Below are positions 15,236 through 22,920 of a stretch of DNA of 24,206 bases, piece after piece. Both the position numbers and the translations under genes were made by a program. Source of the stretch: a virus (Duplodnaviria > Caudoviricetes). The DNA is taken from IMG/VR virus record IMGVR_UViG_3300020045_003748, positions 1-24,206 of that record; one strand, given 5' to 3'. Below the pieces are notes generated by a model. The model was not told where the DNA came from, ran no database searches, and saw only the letters and a list, made by a program, of their open reading frames with translations. The stretch's first letter is position 1. The number at the start of each line of letters is the position of its first letter.

Positions 15236-15432
15236 TGAGAAAATCAAACGTTCACCAAATCCGGCTCAGCGATCAGGAAAAGCAAGACTGGCTCAAGACG
15301 CAGTCAGCTGGTGGCTGGGTCAGCATCGCGGACATGGTGCGCTCGCTTGTCAGCCGCGCGCAATCGCAACAGCCTCAGCCGCAGACCGAGCAACACCAGC
15401 CCGACCACCAGCCCGAAGGACCGCCGCTATAA
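15235..15432 (+). CDS. Ribbon-helix-helix-like regulator
   Basis: HQIRLSDQEK..W....AGG..SIADMVRSLV fits a strand-helix-helix pattern. Divergent from the exonuclease gene, with no SD sequence. Confidence 0.55.
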   Translation: MRKSNVHQIRLSDQEKQDWLKTQSAGGWVSIADMVRSLVSRAQSQQPQPQTEQHQPDHQPEGPPL

Positions 15433-15664
15433 AATTGAGCTGGGCCTGCGTCGGCTGGCCTATCGCTGTCTTACATTCCACGGCAAGGAACACGCCGCCA
15501 GGTGCGATGCCGATAATGTCTGCGCTGCCGACGCATAGGCCGAACTTGATCATGCGGCCTTGTCTGTCTGGCAGTTGCCCGGTGTTGTTGCGCCATACGA
15601 TGCATCCAGCCGCAGATAGGGCCACAAGGCAAGCGTTCATTACGTTGTTTTCTGCACTCGCCAT
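15350..15664 (-). CDS. VRR-NUC domain nuclease (probable Holliday junction resolvase)
   Basis: WRNNTG, GSADIIG, AVECKT..G.PT.AQ..F and GG.AGVARS. GGAGG RBS. Confidence 0.88.
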   Translation of the reverse strand: MASAENNVMNACLVALSAAGCIVWRNNTGQLPDRQGRMIKFGLCVGSADIIGIAPGGVFLAVECKTAIGQPTQAQLNFIAAVLRAGGRAGVARSAAEAVAIARG

Positions 15665-15665
15665 T

Positions 15666-15848
15666 CTAAACCTCCATCAATGACGGCCAAATCCGCCGCC
15701 ATGTTTCTGCCTTGTCAACCACGCACACGCACCCGTCGCGCTTTACAAGCTTGGCCTCATCGCTGGTGATCCCATGCGCCCGGATAAACGCCCGCGCCAA
15801 TGACACGCCTTCATCGTCGTCTGGGCATGTGGCGAAGATGACCATCAT
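15666..15848 (-). CDS. Hypothetical protein
   Basis: ATGA overlap with the helicase stop. Fills the gap to VRR-NUC and carries its RBS. Confidence 0.6.
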   Translation of the reverse strand: MMVIFATCPDDDEGVSLARAFIRAHGITSDEAKLVKRDGCVCVVDKAETWRRIWPSLMEV

Positions 15849-17248
15849 GCGCGTTTTTTCGCCTGCCGTGCGTTCCAGACATGCTCAGCCCATCGCGGAT
15901 TGCGTCCAGTGCGCTTTGCCAATTCTTGCAGCGCAGCGAGGCTATCCGCCATGCCCTGCTCTTGCTTTCGTTCCCGCACCATCTCTGCACGGTCAATCTC
16001 GGCCAACTCGCCATCAACCTCTTCAACCATGCGGCTCATGATAGGATATACCCTGCCGCAGTTCGGGCAGCATGGCGCAGGCCGATGCGCAAACCCACAG
16101 CCGCCGTCATCAATCGGGCATTGCCGCGCGGGTTCTGCCTTCTCATCTGATGCCGCGCGTTTCTTCTTACCGTCTAGGCTCCACTCTCGTGGATCATCAG
16201 GGAAGCCGTTTTCCCGCCAGTTGCCGCAGTGATCGGCGATGATAGCGGGGTATGGCTTCATCCGCAGCACACGCCCCCAAACTTGCATTGTTAGTGGTAG
16301 GCTCTTACGCGGGCATAGGTCGGACATGCTTTCAACCGTCACGTCCATGCCAGCCGCCGCAGCAAGGTCAAAGCCAAACGTCAGCAGCGCCACATTCACC
16401 AGCACAGTAAATTCCCGGCGCGCAAACCCCAGGATGATGCGCTTGCGTTCATCCGGCCCCATCGTGCCGTCAATCGACATAGCCGCAATTCCTGCCGCGC
16501 GGAACGTGTCAACAATCAAGCCCGCGTGCTTGCGTGACGTGGCGAAAACCACGTTCAACTTGCCCAACGCCAGATCACGATAGGTCTTGACCGCATCTCC
16601 AATGATCGCGTTATCGGCCTCCATAAATGCTTCAAGCTGTGATTTCACGTATTCCCCATCGCGCACAGCAACGGCTGATAGGTCTGGCTGGTGTGGGGCG
16701 AAATAGCGAAACTCTGACAGCCTCTTGCCAGCGATCAGATCCGCCACTGGCAAGCCCATCTCCATATGGTCGTAATGGTCGCCCATCGGCTTGCCGTTGG
16801 TTTTGTATGGCGTTGCTGACAGCCCAACGCGCCACCCGCCACCCGCGCGGCTCCACTCGATCACCCGGTCAAGTTCTACCCCGCCGAAATGGCATTCATC
16901 CACAAATAGCACGCGGGGGGCAGCGATCTTGCCCAGACGCCGCGCCAAGGTCGGCGTCATCGCAATCTGCACTTTGGCAAACGGGTTTGGCGTATAATCT
17001 GGGCTGATAACGCCATATGGAATGCCATATTCGTCTATCGTCTTGATAGTCTGGGCCAGCAGTTCCTTGCGCGGAACCGTGAATATCGCCGAGCTGCCCT
17101 TGGCGTGCGCGCCTGCGATCATATCCAAGGCCATACGCGTCTTGCCGCTTCCCGTGGCTGATTGCATCAATACCGCCTTGTGATGCCGCATGGACTGCCT
17201 GACGCGGCCCACGAGATCAGCCTGATCGGGGTATAACTCCACGCTCAC
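15845..17248 (-). CDS. SF2 DEAD/DEAH-box helicase with a C-terminal Zn finger
   Basis: Q motif LYPDQ, ATGSGKT, VDECH, GLSATP, QVWGRVLR and the Cys cluster CPIDDGGC...CPNCG. GTGA overlap with the primase gene. Confidence 0.9.
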   Translation of the reverse strand: MSVELYPDQADLVGRVRQSMRHHKAVLMQSATGSGKTRMALDMIAGAHAKGSSAIFTVPRKELLAQTIKTIDEYGIPYGVISPDYTPNPFAKVQIAMTPTLARRLGKIAAPRVLFVDECHFGGVELDRVIEWSRAGGGWRVGLSATPYKTNGKPMGDHYDHMEMGLPVADLIAGKRLSEFRYFAPHQPDLSAVAVRDGEYVKSQLEAFMEADNAIIGDAVKTYRDLALGKLNVVFATSRKHAGLIVDTFRAAGIAAMSIDGTMGPDERKRIILGFARREFTVLVNVALLTFGFDLAAAAGMDVTVESMSDLCPRKSLPLTMQVWGRVLRMKPYPAIIADHCGNWRENGFPDDPREWSLDGKKKRAASDEKAEPARQCPIDDGGCGFAHRPAPCCPNCGRVYPIMSRMVEEVDGELAEIDRAEMVRERKQEQGMADSLAALQELAKRTGRNPRWAEHVWNARQAKKRA

Positions 17249-19974
17249 CGAAATTCCTCCATATCAAACGGCAACTCGATTTCAGCAGGCGCATCATCTC
17301 CCAACACCAACGCCATCGGAACAGCCACACACCGCAATCGCATCGCCGCAGAGAACCGCATCTTGTCGTGGCTGATCGCACCATCTAACTCCCCCAACGC
17401 GCGCCTGTAACTGCCTCCCCATGGCGTATCCCGAAGCATGTCTGAAATAGGCTTGCTCGGTGATGCCACATAAAGCCAGTCGCGATCAGCTTTCATGCCA
17501 TATTCGCCTAGAGCGTTTGTTGCCACGTCGCGGTCGAGCCCGTCTGCGTTCAATGCCCGGTCAATCAGCCGCCCCACGGATGCCTCGCGCGCCATACCCC
17601 TGTCGTCATGGCGCACCCGCGCCGCCATGATAAACGCCAGCAGCTTCTCGCCATCTGATTGGTCGTTGTCGAGTTTAGCCCAGCGCCAGTCATGCTTGGC
17701 GCACCATTCCTTTGCCGCCTCTGGTGTGATTTCTGCCGTGCTTGTCAGGCTAAACGCGCCTGCGATCAGGGTTCCGTGCTGGTCGCCAAAACGCTTGCTG
17801 CCCTCTTGCTCTGTCAGCACATCAGCGAATGTTTCAATATTTTTCAAGATCGTTGGCAGGTTGTTGAAAGTCCGCGTCAACAGCATATCCGCCGCTTCTG
17901 GTGTGATCGCCGCCGCTACCCGTTTTTCCAACTCTCGGAAATCCGCCCGCGCTGTTTTCGACTTGTTTTTCACCAGATGCAGGATTGTATTGCGGTCAAG
18001 GTCCGCCCCTTGAATGATGCGCGGGTTGATGGCCGCAAAGCAGAATGATGACTTGACTGGGAAAACACCATTGAAATTCGCCATGTCTGCGCCGCTGGAG
18101 GACTTCCGCGCCAGACCATAAACCAACTCCATATTGCTGCGGTCTTTTTGCGTCTCGCTCTCGGCCTCGTCCATGATCACAGGGCGCGCTGTGCTGCCAA
18201 TGTCTTTGCGGATCTTGGCTTCCGTCGATCCCCCCGACCTGATCAGGGCGATTTTCCCCATGATCACTTTCAGGATATAATCCATCACCCAAGACTTACC
18301 CGCACCCGGCTCACCCGTCACCACGATATGCGACCGCCAGCGCATTGCCCCAGCAATCATCGCTGTCACAATCCATCCTGCCAGCATGTAGCCTGACAGT
18401 TTGCCCTTCCACGTCAGAGCAAGGCATATCTTCAAAATCTCTGCCGCGTCCGCATTGCTCATAGGGTCAGCCGTCAGCCTACCGATGCGCGGACCCATGA
18501 CATAGACATTCTTGCTCTTGAAATCTGGCGGCAGGCAATCACCACCCGGCCAGAACAGTCGATCCCCGGCGTTCAAAATCTGCCGCCCCTCATCCATCCA
18601 CACGCCAACGCCGCGCTCTGTTTCCGGGTCGTAAATTCCCAGCATATTGCACGCCTCGATCAATAGCAGTGATGCCTCACCAGCCATTTTCTTCTCGCTG
18701 GCCTTCATATCGAAATTCGTCTCCCACAACGTGCGGGGTGCCATGGTCACGAGGTTTTGCATGTTCGCCAGCGCTGGGCCTGTGAAATCCATGATCTGCC
18801 CGCATGACCTCGGGAAAAAATAGAACGTCTTGCCAGACCGACCTAGGGGGCGAACGGCGCGCAATATTGGGTTTGTCGAGAATACATCACCTTGTTGATC
18901 AAACGCTGGTGCATGGTGTGGCACGCCATAATCAGGCTCCCACCGATCATCCAACACATCGTTTGCGTCATGCTCTGGCGGTGTGAAAGCGGCCTTGACA
19001 GCATCGCCCCCAGCGTCTTTCCAGTAATCCCACCAGTCCGTGCGCTTGGCCGCGTCATCGGCTGGAAATGGCGGTGCCAATACCAACGCGCCACCTATAG
19101 AAACCGCAGCCTGCTTGGCCTTGTCCGCACCCGTGTTGACGCATAACCCCGCGTCTCTCCACTCCACCCACCTCGGATCATCCCCCGCCGGGTTATCCCA
19201 ATCCAATGGCCGCTTGTTGCCCGGTATCGTCCACTGGTCTGCATCTGCGGCAAATACGATCCGCTTATCGGGGTATTTCTTGCGCATCACATGCGCGACA
19301 GGCTTTAGGTTTCCGGCGTCAAACGCCACAATCACAGAGCATCCCAACGAGGCATGAATAGATGCCATTGTCGCCAGCCCCTCGCCAATCACCAGCAAGT
19401 CACCATCGCCCTTGATCGCGTGGTATGCGCCTTCCTTGACGCCGGATTTCAGGAACAGTTTATCCCCTTCCGCGTCTATGAATTGCAGGCTCACCAGCTT
19501 ACCGTCTGACCACATCGGCACCACGATAGCCCCGCGCGATACCCGGCACCCAAGCTGTTCAGCCGTGAACCCCTTGCGGTCAAGATAGGCGTTTGATCCC
19601 TTGCGCTCGGCCTCTGACCATATCTGTTGCGCCTTAACAGCCGCCGCTGCCTGTGCCTCTAAACGCTCTTTTTCCTGCTGGATCCGCGCATCATCCGTGC
19701 GTTTTTTCCACGCCGCGCGTTCCTCGTCCGTGATCTTTCTGGGGCTTTTTGTATGCCATTTGTGCCATACCTGATCGCGGAAATTCATGCAGCCGCCTAC
19801 CGCGAAACCGTCAGCATCAACACGCAGAATGTAACTTCCGTTCTCGGTCTTTGGCTTGTCTCCTGACAACATATAGCGATGCATCTTGTCGTCTGCGTTG
19901 ATCGTGACAGACAACGCTGGTGGGCAATCGGCTTCGTGCATGAATTCGATAAACGCGGCAATTGGGTCAGACAT
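17245..19974 (-). CDS. TOPRIM DNA primase fused to a P-loop helicase domain
   Basis: AYLDRKG, SLQFI...GDKLF, IGEGLAT, AFDAGNL and AADAD (TOPRIM). Walker A GEPGAGKS and Walker B IMDEAE. Confidence 0.88.
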   Translation of the reverse strand: MSDPIAAFIEFMHEADCPPALSVTINADDKMHRYMLSGDKPKTENGSYILRVDADGFAVGGCMNFRDQVWHKWHTKSPRKITDEERAAWKKRTDDARIQQEKERLEAQAAAAVKAQQIWSEAERKGSNAYLDRKGFTAEQLGCRVSRGAIVVPMWSDGKLVSLQFIDAEGDKLFLKSGVKEGAYHAIKGDGDLLVIGEGLATMASIHASLGCSVIVAFDAGNLKPVAHVMRKKYPDKRIVFAADADQWTIPGNKRPLDWDNPAGDDPRWVEWRDAGLCVNTGADKAKQAAVSIGGALVLAPPFPADDAAKRTDWWDYWKDAGGDAVKAAFTPPEHDANDVLDDRWEPDYGVPHHAPAFDQQGDVFSTNPILRAVRPLGRSGKTFYFFPRSCGQIMDFTGPALANMQNLVTMAPRTLWETNFDMKASEKKMAGEASLLLIEACNMLGIYDPETERGVGVWMDEGRQILNAGDRLFWPGGDCLPPDFKSKNVYVMGPRIGRLTADPMSNADAAEILKICLALTWKGKLSGYMLAGWIVTAMIAGAMRWRSHIVVTGEPGAGKSWVMDYILKVIMGKIALIRSGGSTEAKIRKDIGSTARPVIMDEAESETQKDRSNMELVYGLARKSSSGADMANFNGVFPVKSSFCFAAINPRIIQGADLDRNTILHLVKNKSKTARADFRELEKRVAAAITPEAADMLLTRTFNNLPTILKNIETFADVLTEQEGSKRFGDQHGTLIAGAFSLTSTAEITPEAAKEWCAKHDWRWAKLDNDQSDGEKLLAFIMAARVRHDDRGMAREASVGRLIDRALNADGLDRDVATNALGEYGMKADRDWLYVASPSKPISDMLRDTPWGGSYRRALGELDGAISHDKMRFSAAMRLRCVAVPMALVLGDDAPAEIELPFDMEEFR

Positions 19975-19986
19975 TGTGGCTCCTGA

Positions 19987-20214
19987 TTACTGGATGCGGA
20001 TGATGTACGCAGGGCCGATCTGTGGCTTATCAACCCGGAAAATATGTTCCGGCCCGCATTTATGCTGAAATTTCTTCACGACAGAACGAACTGCGGATTC
20101 GCTAACGGTCTTGCCGTTTTTGTCACGCAAGCCGCCAATAGATATCCTGTCATATGGAAACATCTGCTTCATGGATATACGCACCCACGACTGCCAATAC
20201 TTACCGCCGTTCAT
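19987..20214 (-). CDS. Small basic protein, possibly DNA-binding
   Basis: ATGA overlap at 20211-20214. Basic, 75 aa, upstream of the primase. Confidence 0.5.
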   Translation of the reverse strand: MNGGKYWQSWVRISMKQMFPYDRISIGGLRDKNGKTVSESAVRSVVKKFQHKCGPEHIFRVDKPQIGPAYIIRIQ

Positions 20215-20393
20215 AGCGCCGGGAACTCATCCGCATCATCGCTCAAAATGTGGTCTGTGATGATGATGCCGCCCCTGCGTGCTACCTCGACAATCAGCCG
20301 ATCAATCGCAACACCAGCCGAAGTCTTGCGCTGTTCGGTCAGTTTTTTGACGAATGCCTCAGCCTCATCGCTGAGAACCATACGAATTTCCAT
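20211..20393 (-). CDS. Small RHH-like protein, first gene of the replication operon
   Basis: ATG 20393 with a GGAG RBS. MEIRMVLSDEAEAFVKKL...SAGVAIDRLI fits a strand-helix-helix pattern. Confidence 0.55.
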   Translation of the reverse strand: MEIRMVLSDEAEAFVKKLTEQRKTSAGVAIDRLIVEVARRGGIIITDHILSDDADEFPAL

Positions 20394-20428
20394 GTTTTGC
20401 ACTCCGCTGTAATTCCGCTGTAACGCCA

Positions 20429-20457
20429 ACATTATTCCGTATGTACGGATAGCGCAA
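20429..20457 (-). promoter_or_regulatory. Putative leftward promoter of the replication operon with an operator in the spacer
   Basis: The minus strand reads TTGCGC-N17-TAATGT. The spacer holds the palindrome TCCGTA-TG-TACGGA (20436-20449). Confidence 0.6.
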
Positions 20458-20499
20458 GAGGGAAGTTTTTTTACGGCCAGATCGTGCTGCGGGCTGAGG

Positions 20500-20915
20500 T
20501 TAGGCTGTTTTTGGGCACTTCGCGTGATGAGATGGGCCATGCGATTACTAAACAAATCAACACCTTACATTATGTTGCCCAAGCCTTGGGCCATGCCGTT
20601 GGGCCATGCTAAGTGATTGATTTCATTGAATAAAATGTCATTTTTTGGTCGAAAACTCGTCAGTTTGAAAAAAAGAGGGTCATCATACTGTCTAAACGTC
20701 ATTACGTTTGTATATACGGTAACGTCATTACGGAAAGCTCTAGTACGATACCGTGTTTATATTAAATACAGTGGGCCACCCCCTTCTCTCTCTCTCTCTT
20801 TAATTGAAAAATATATATACAATAGGGGGTTAGCGCCTTTGAACCCCGGCCCAAAAAGCCGTCCACTACCCCGTCCAGAGCCGTCCACGATGTTGATGCT
20901 ATGGGCCACCTATTT
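20500..20915. other. Probable replication origin (non-coding, AT-rich, iterated motifs)
   Basis: TGGGCCATGC x3, two inverted IHF-consensus sites, AACGTCATTACG x2, (TC)7, an AT-alternating tract and CCGTCCA x3, adjacent to the primase operon. Confidence 0.55.
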
Positions 20916-20930
20916 TTAGTCATTACCGTA

Positions 20931-20960
20931 TTGACCCGCCACCCCATCCCGTGCCAAACT
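20931..20960 (+). promoter_or_regulatory. Putative rightward promoter
   Basis: TTGACC-N18-CAAACT with a TG extension. The predicted start near 20967 coincides with the 5' end of a structured element. Confidence 0.45.
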
Positions 20961-20966
20961 ACCCAA

Positions 20967-21021
20967 GCGCGGCCACCGTGGATTGATCCCCACGGGCAGA
21001 GCCTCCTCCCTCGGGCCGCGC
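20967..21021 (+). ncRNA. Candidate three-way-junction RNA with an anti-Shine-Dalgarno CCUCCUCCC loop
   Basis: P1 GCGCGGCC/GGCCGCGC; P2 CCGTGG/CCACGG with loop ATTGATCC; P3 GAG/CTC with loop CCTCCTCC. Confidence 0.45.
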
Positions 21022-21052
21022 GTTCACATCGGAGGATACAGGAGCGAGACAA

Positions 21053-21271
21053 ATGCCAGACTTTGACCCAACAAAAATCACCATGCCATTCGGAACTCTA
21101 CGCCGCAAAATCAGCAATGCGTTACGGGCGCATGACGATGCAGGCGGTGAGATTGAAGTTTGGACTGGGGCGGCGTGGATTGCTGCATCACCAGCATGGG
21201 AGCCAACGCACGTTTACCGCGTGAAGCCGCAAATGTTATCCGCTGATAACAACATCAAGGTTCCAGCATGA
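21053..21271 (+). CDS. Hypothetical protein (FDPT...PFG.L...PAW....YRVKP)
   Basis: AGGAG RBS and an ATGA overlap with the next gene. Confidence 0.65.
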   Translation: MPDFDPTKITMPFGTLRRKISNALRAHDDAGGEIEVWTGAAWIAASPAWEPTHVYRVKPQMLSADNNIKVPA

Positions 21272-21720
21272 ACCGCCCCACACCCATTACAGAATACCGC
21301 AGCGCACCATCATCGCCGCGCGTTGCCAAGCCACACAATGAACCGCGCGCCATCGCCCCAACCACAGAAGCTGCCAAGCATATCACCAATCACTTCGCCG
21401 CTGGCGTCGATCAAGAAACGCTCGCAACCCTCATGGCCGCACGGTGCAAATCCGAACGCCACTATGGACGCGCCCCAGCATCACACCGCGAAGACAACGG
21501 CGGTAAAGGACAACCACGCGCCAAGGTAGGTCATCTACGCCAAGCCGTTCTATCCATGCTAACCTCCGAATGGCGCAAGCTGGATGTCGCCATGATTGCA
21601 GCGCTTGGCCGCAGCGACAAAGCCATCCGTGATACGCTTTGCGATCTGCGCGATGCAGGCAAGGTCGATCACCGCCGATCAATGGTCGGATCGCCCTCAA
21701 TGTGGAGGCTCAAGCAATGA
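21268..21720 (+). CDS. Protein with a C-terminal winged-HTH-like domain
   Basis: AVLSML...IAALGRSDKAIRDTLCDLRDAGKV......MWRL. ATGA overlaps at both ends. Confidence 0.6.
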   Translation: MNRPTPITEYRSAPSSPRVAKPHNEPRAIAPTTEAAKHITNHFAAGVDQETLATLMAARCKSERHYGRAPASHREDNGGKGQPRAKVGHLRQAVLSMLTSEWRKLDVAMIAALGRSDKAIRDTLCDLRDAGKVDHRRSMVGSPSMWRLKQ

Positions 21721-22088
21721 TTGCAATCCATCTTGATCATTACGTGCTGTGCGAGGTGCGGGGCATGACAGTCAATCAAGCAGCTGATTGCTTAGGCATC
21801 CTACCTTCATCCGCAAGATCCGCCGCTGCGAGGTATGGCCTGAAATTTGCCGAGGCAAACAACCAACGCAATCGCAAGCCAGTCACGCATGGTGGCATCG
21901 AATATCCGTCGAGATCAGCGCTTGCAAAAGCCAAGGGCGTATCAGGCGCGACTGTCTGGCATCACCTCGCTAAGGGGCAGCCTGATCGCATCGGCGCAAC
22001 TGATGGACAGCGCATTTGTCCACCCAGAGCCAAGCTATCCGCATCACCCAAAGCCATCGCAGCATACATCAAGCCTAGTGTGACCTGA
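21717..22088 (+). CDS. Protein with two HTH-like DNA-binding modules
   Basis: ATG 21717 after GGAGG. GMTVNQAADCLGI..SSARSAAARYGL and KPVTHGGIEYPSRSALAKAKGVS.ATV. Confidence 0.6.
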   Translation: MIAIHLDHYVLCEVRGMTVNQAADCLGILPSSARSAAARYGLKFAEANNQRNRKPVTHGGIEYPSRSALAKAKGVSGATVWHHLAKGQPDRIGATDGQRICPPRAKLSASPKAIAAYIKPSVT

Positions 22089-22215
22089 CACTCAAAACAG
22101 GCGGTAAGGTGCCAGAGCCGGGCGATGAGCAAGCCCCATCGACATCAGCCGCGCAGACCTGCCTCTCACAGGCGAGGCGCGGCAAACGAATGAAACCCAT
22201 AGAAAGAGAACGCAA

Positions 22216-22521
22216 ATGAAATCTATCATCATCGCAGCTGCACTAACCATCGCATCGCAAGCAAGCGCCCAAGATGTATGCGCCGAAATGGAAGCGATGA
22301 CTTACGAAATCGCAATGGCCAGAATGGAAGGCGTAACGCTTTCATCGGCTATGGGCATCATCAACAAAGATGGCGATCAAGCGGCTGCGGCAGTTATCAA
22401 ATCAATCATTCTCGGAGCATATGCACTCCCCGTCATGATGGATGATGGCAACCGAAAAACCTTATCGACGGAATATGCAACCAAAGTCGCGTTGATGTGC
22501 TACAATGCTAAGGTGCCGTGA
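22216..22521 (+). CDS. Secreted/periplasmic small helical protein
   Basis: Sec signal peptide MKSIIIAAALTIASQASA|Q. Two Cys residues near the ends of the mature chain. Confidence 0.7.
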   Translation: MKSIIIAAALTIASQASAQDVCAEMEAMTYEIAMARMEGVTLSSAMGIINKDGDQAAAAVIKSIILGAYALPVMMDDGNRKTLSTEYATKVALMCYNAKVP

Positions 22522-22534
22522 CAACGCAACGGAA

Positions 22535-22549
22535 TGTGATAGTATAACA
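22535..22549 (+). promoter_or_regulatory. Putative late promoter / palindromic site TGTGAT-AGT-ATAACA
   Basis: One-mismatch copy of the 660 motif, 20 nt upstream of the small terminase start. Confidence 0.6.
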
Positions 22550-22569
22550 TTTCCTTATCGGGAAACATC

Positions 22570-22920
22570 ATGGCTAACCCAAATCCATCACCAGAAACGC
22601 GCATTGGAGCTGAGCGAGGGCCATCGCCGGGTAAATCATCCGAGCAGAAAACGCTTGAATATCGTAATGCAGAAGCTGCCGTGCGCATTAGGGCAAAATT
22701 CCTTTCAGCAGCAGAAAGCAAGCTGGCCGATATGTCTGATGATCAGATCATGGCAATCCTCGACGGCAATATGCTGACCTTAATGAAGGACAGTGAAACC
22801 CGTGGCCTAGGCGCTCCTGTGCAGCCAGTCGATCACAGCAGCACAGACGGAAGCATGACGCCTCGACCAACCGTGATTGAGTTCATCGCGCCAAAGGCAT
22901 CTGATGAAAGCGACGATTGA
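22570..22920 (+). CDS. terS: Terminase small subunit (putative)
   Basis: Position upstream of and overlapping TerL. N-terminal NPNPS..TR.G and C-terminal VDHSSTDGSMTP..IEF patterns typical of small terminases. Confidence 0.7.
   Translation: MANPNPSPETRIGAERGPSPGKSSEQKTLEYRNAEAAVRIRAKFLSAAESKLADMSDDQIMAILDGNMLTLMKDSETRGLGAPVQPVDHSSTDGSMTPRPTVIEFIAPKASDESDD

Noticed and set aside
20533-20887. Short repeats considered as a CRISPR array
   Set aside because: The units are 7-12 nt, of several families and irregularly spaced, and there are no cas genes.
20617-21224. ORFs 20617-20919, 20762-21052 and 20901-21224
   Set aside because: They translate simple repeats and AT-rich tracts (e.g. PPPSLSLSL) and lack an RBS. 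The region is better explained as origin, promoter and structured leader.
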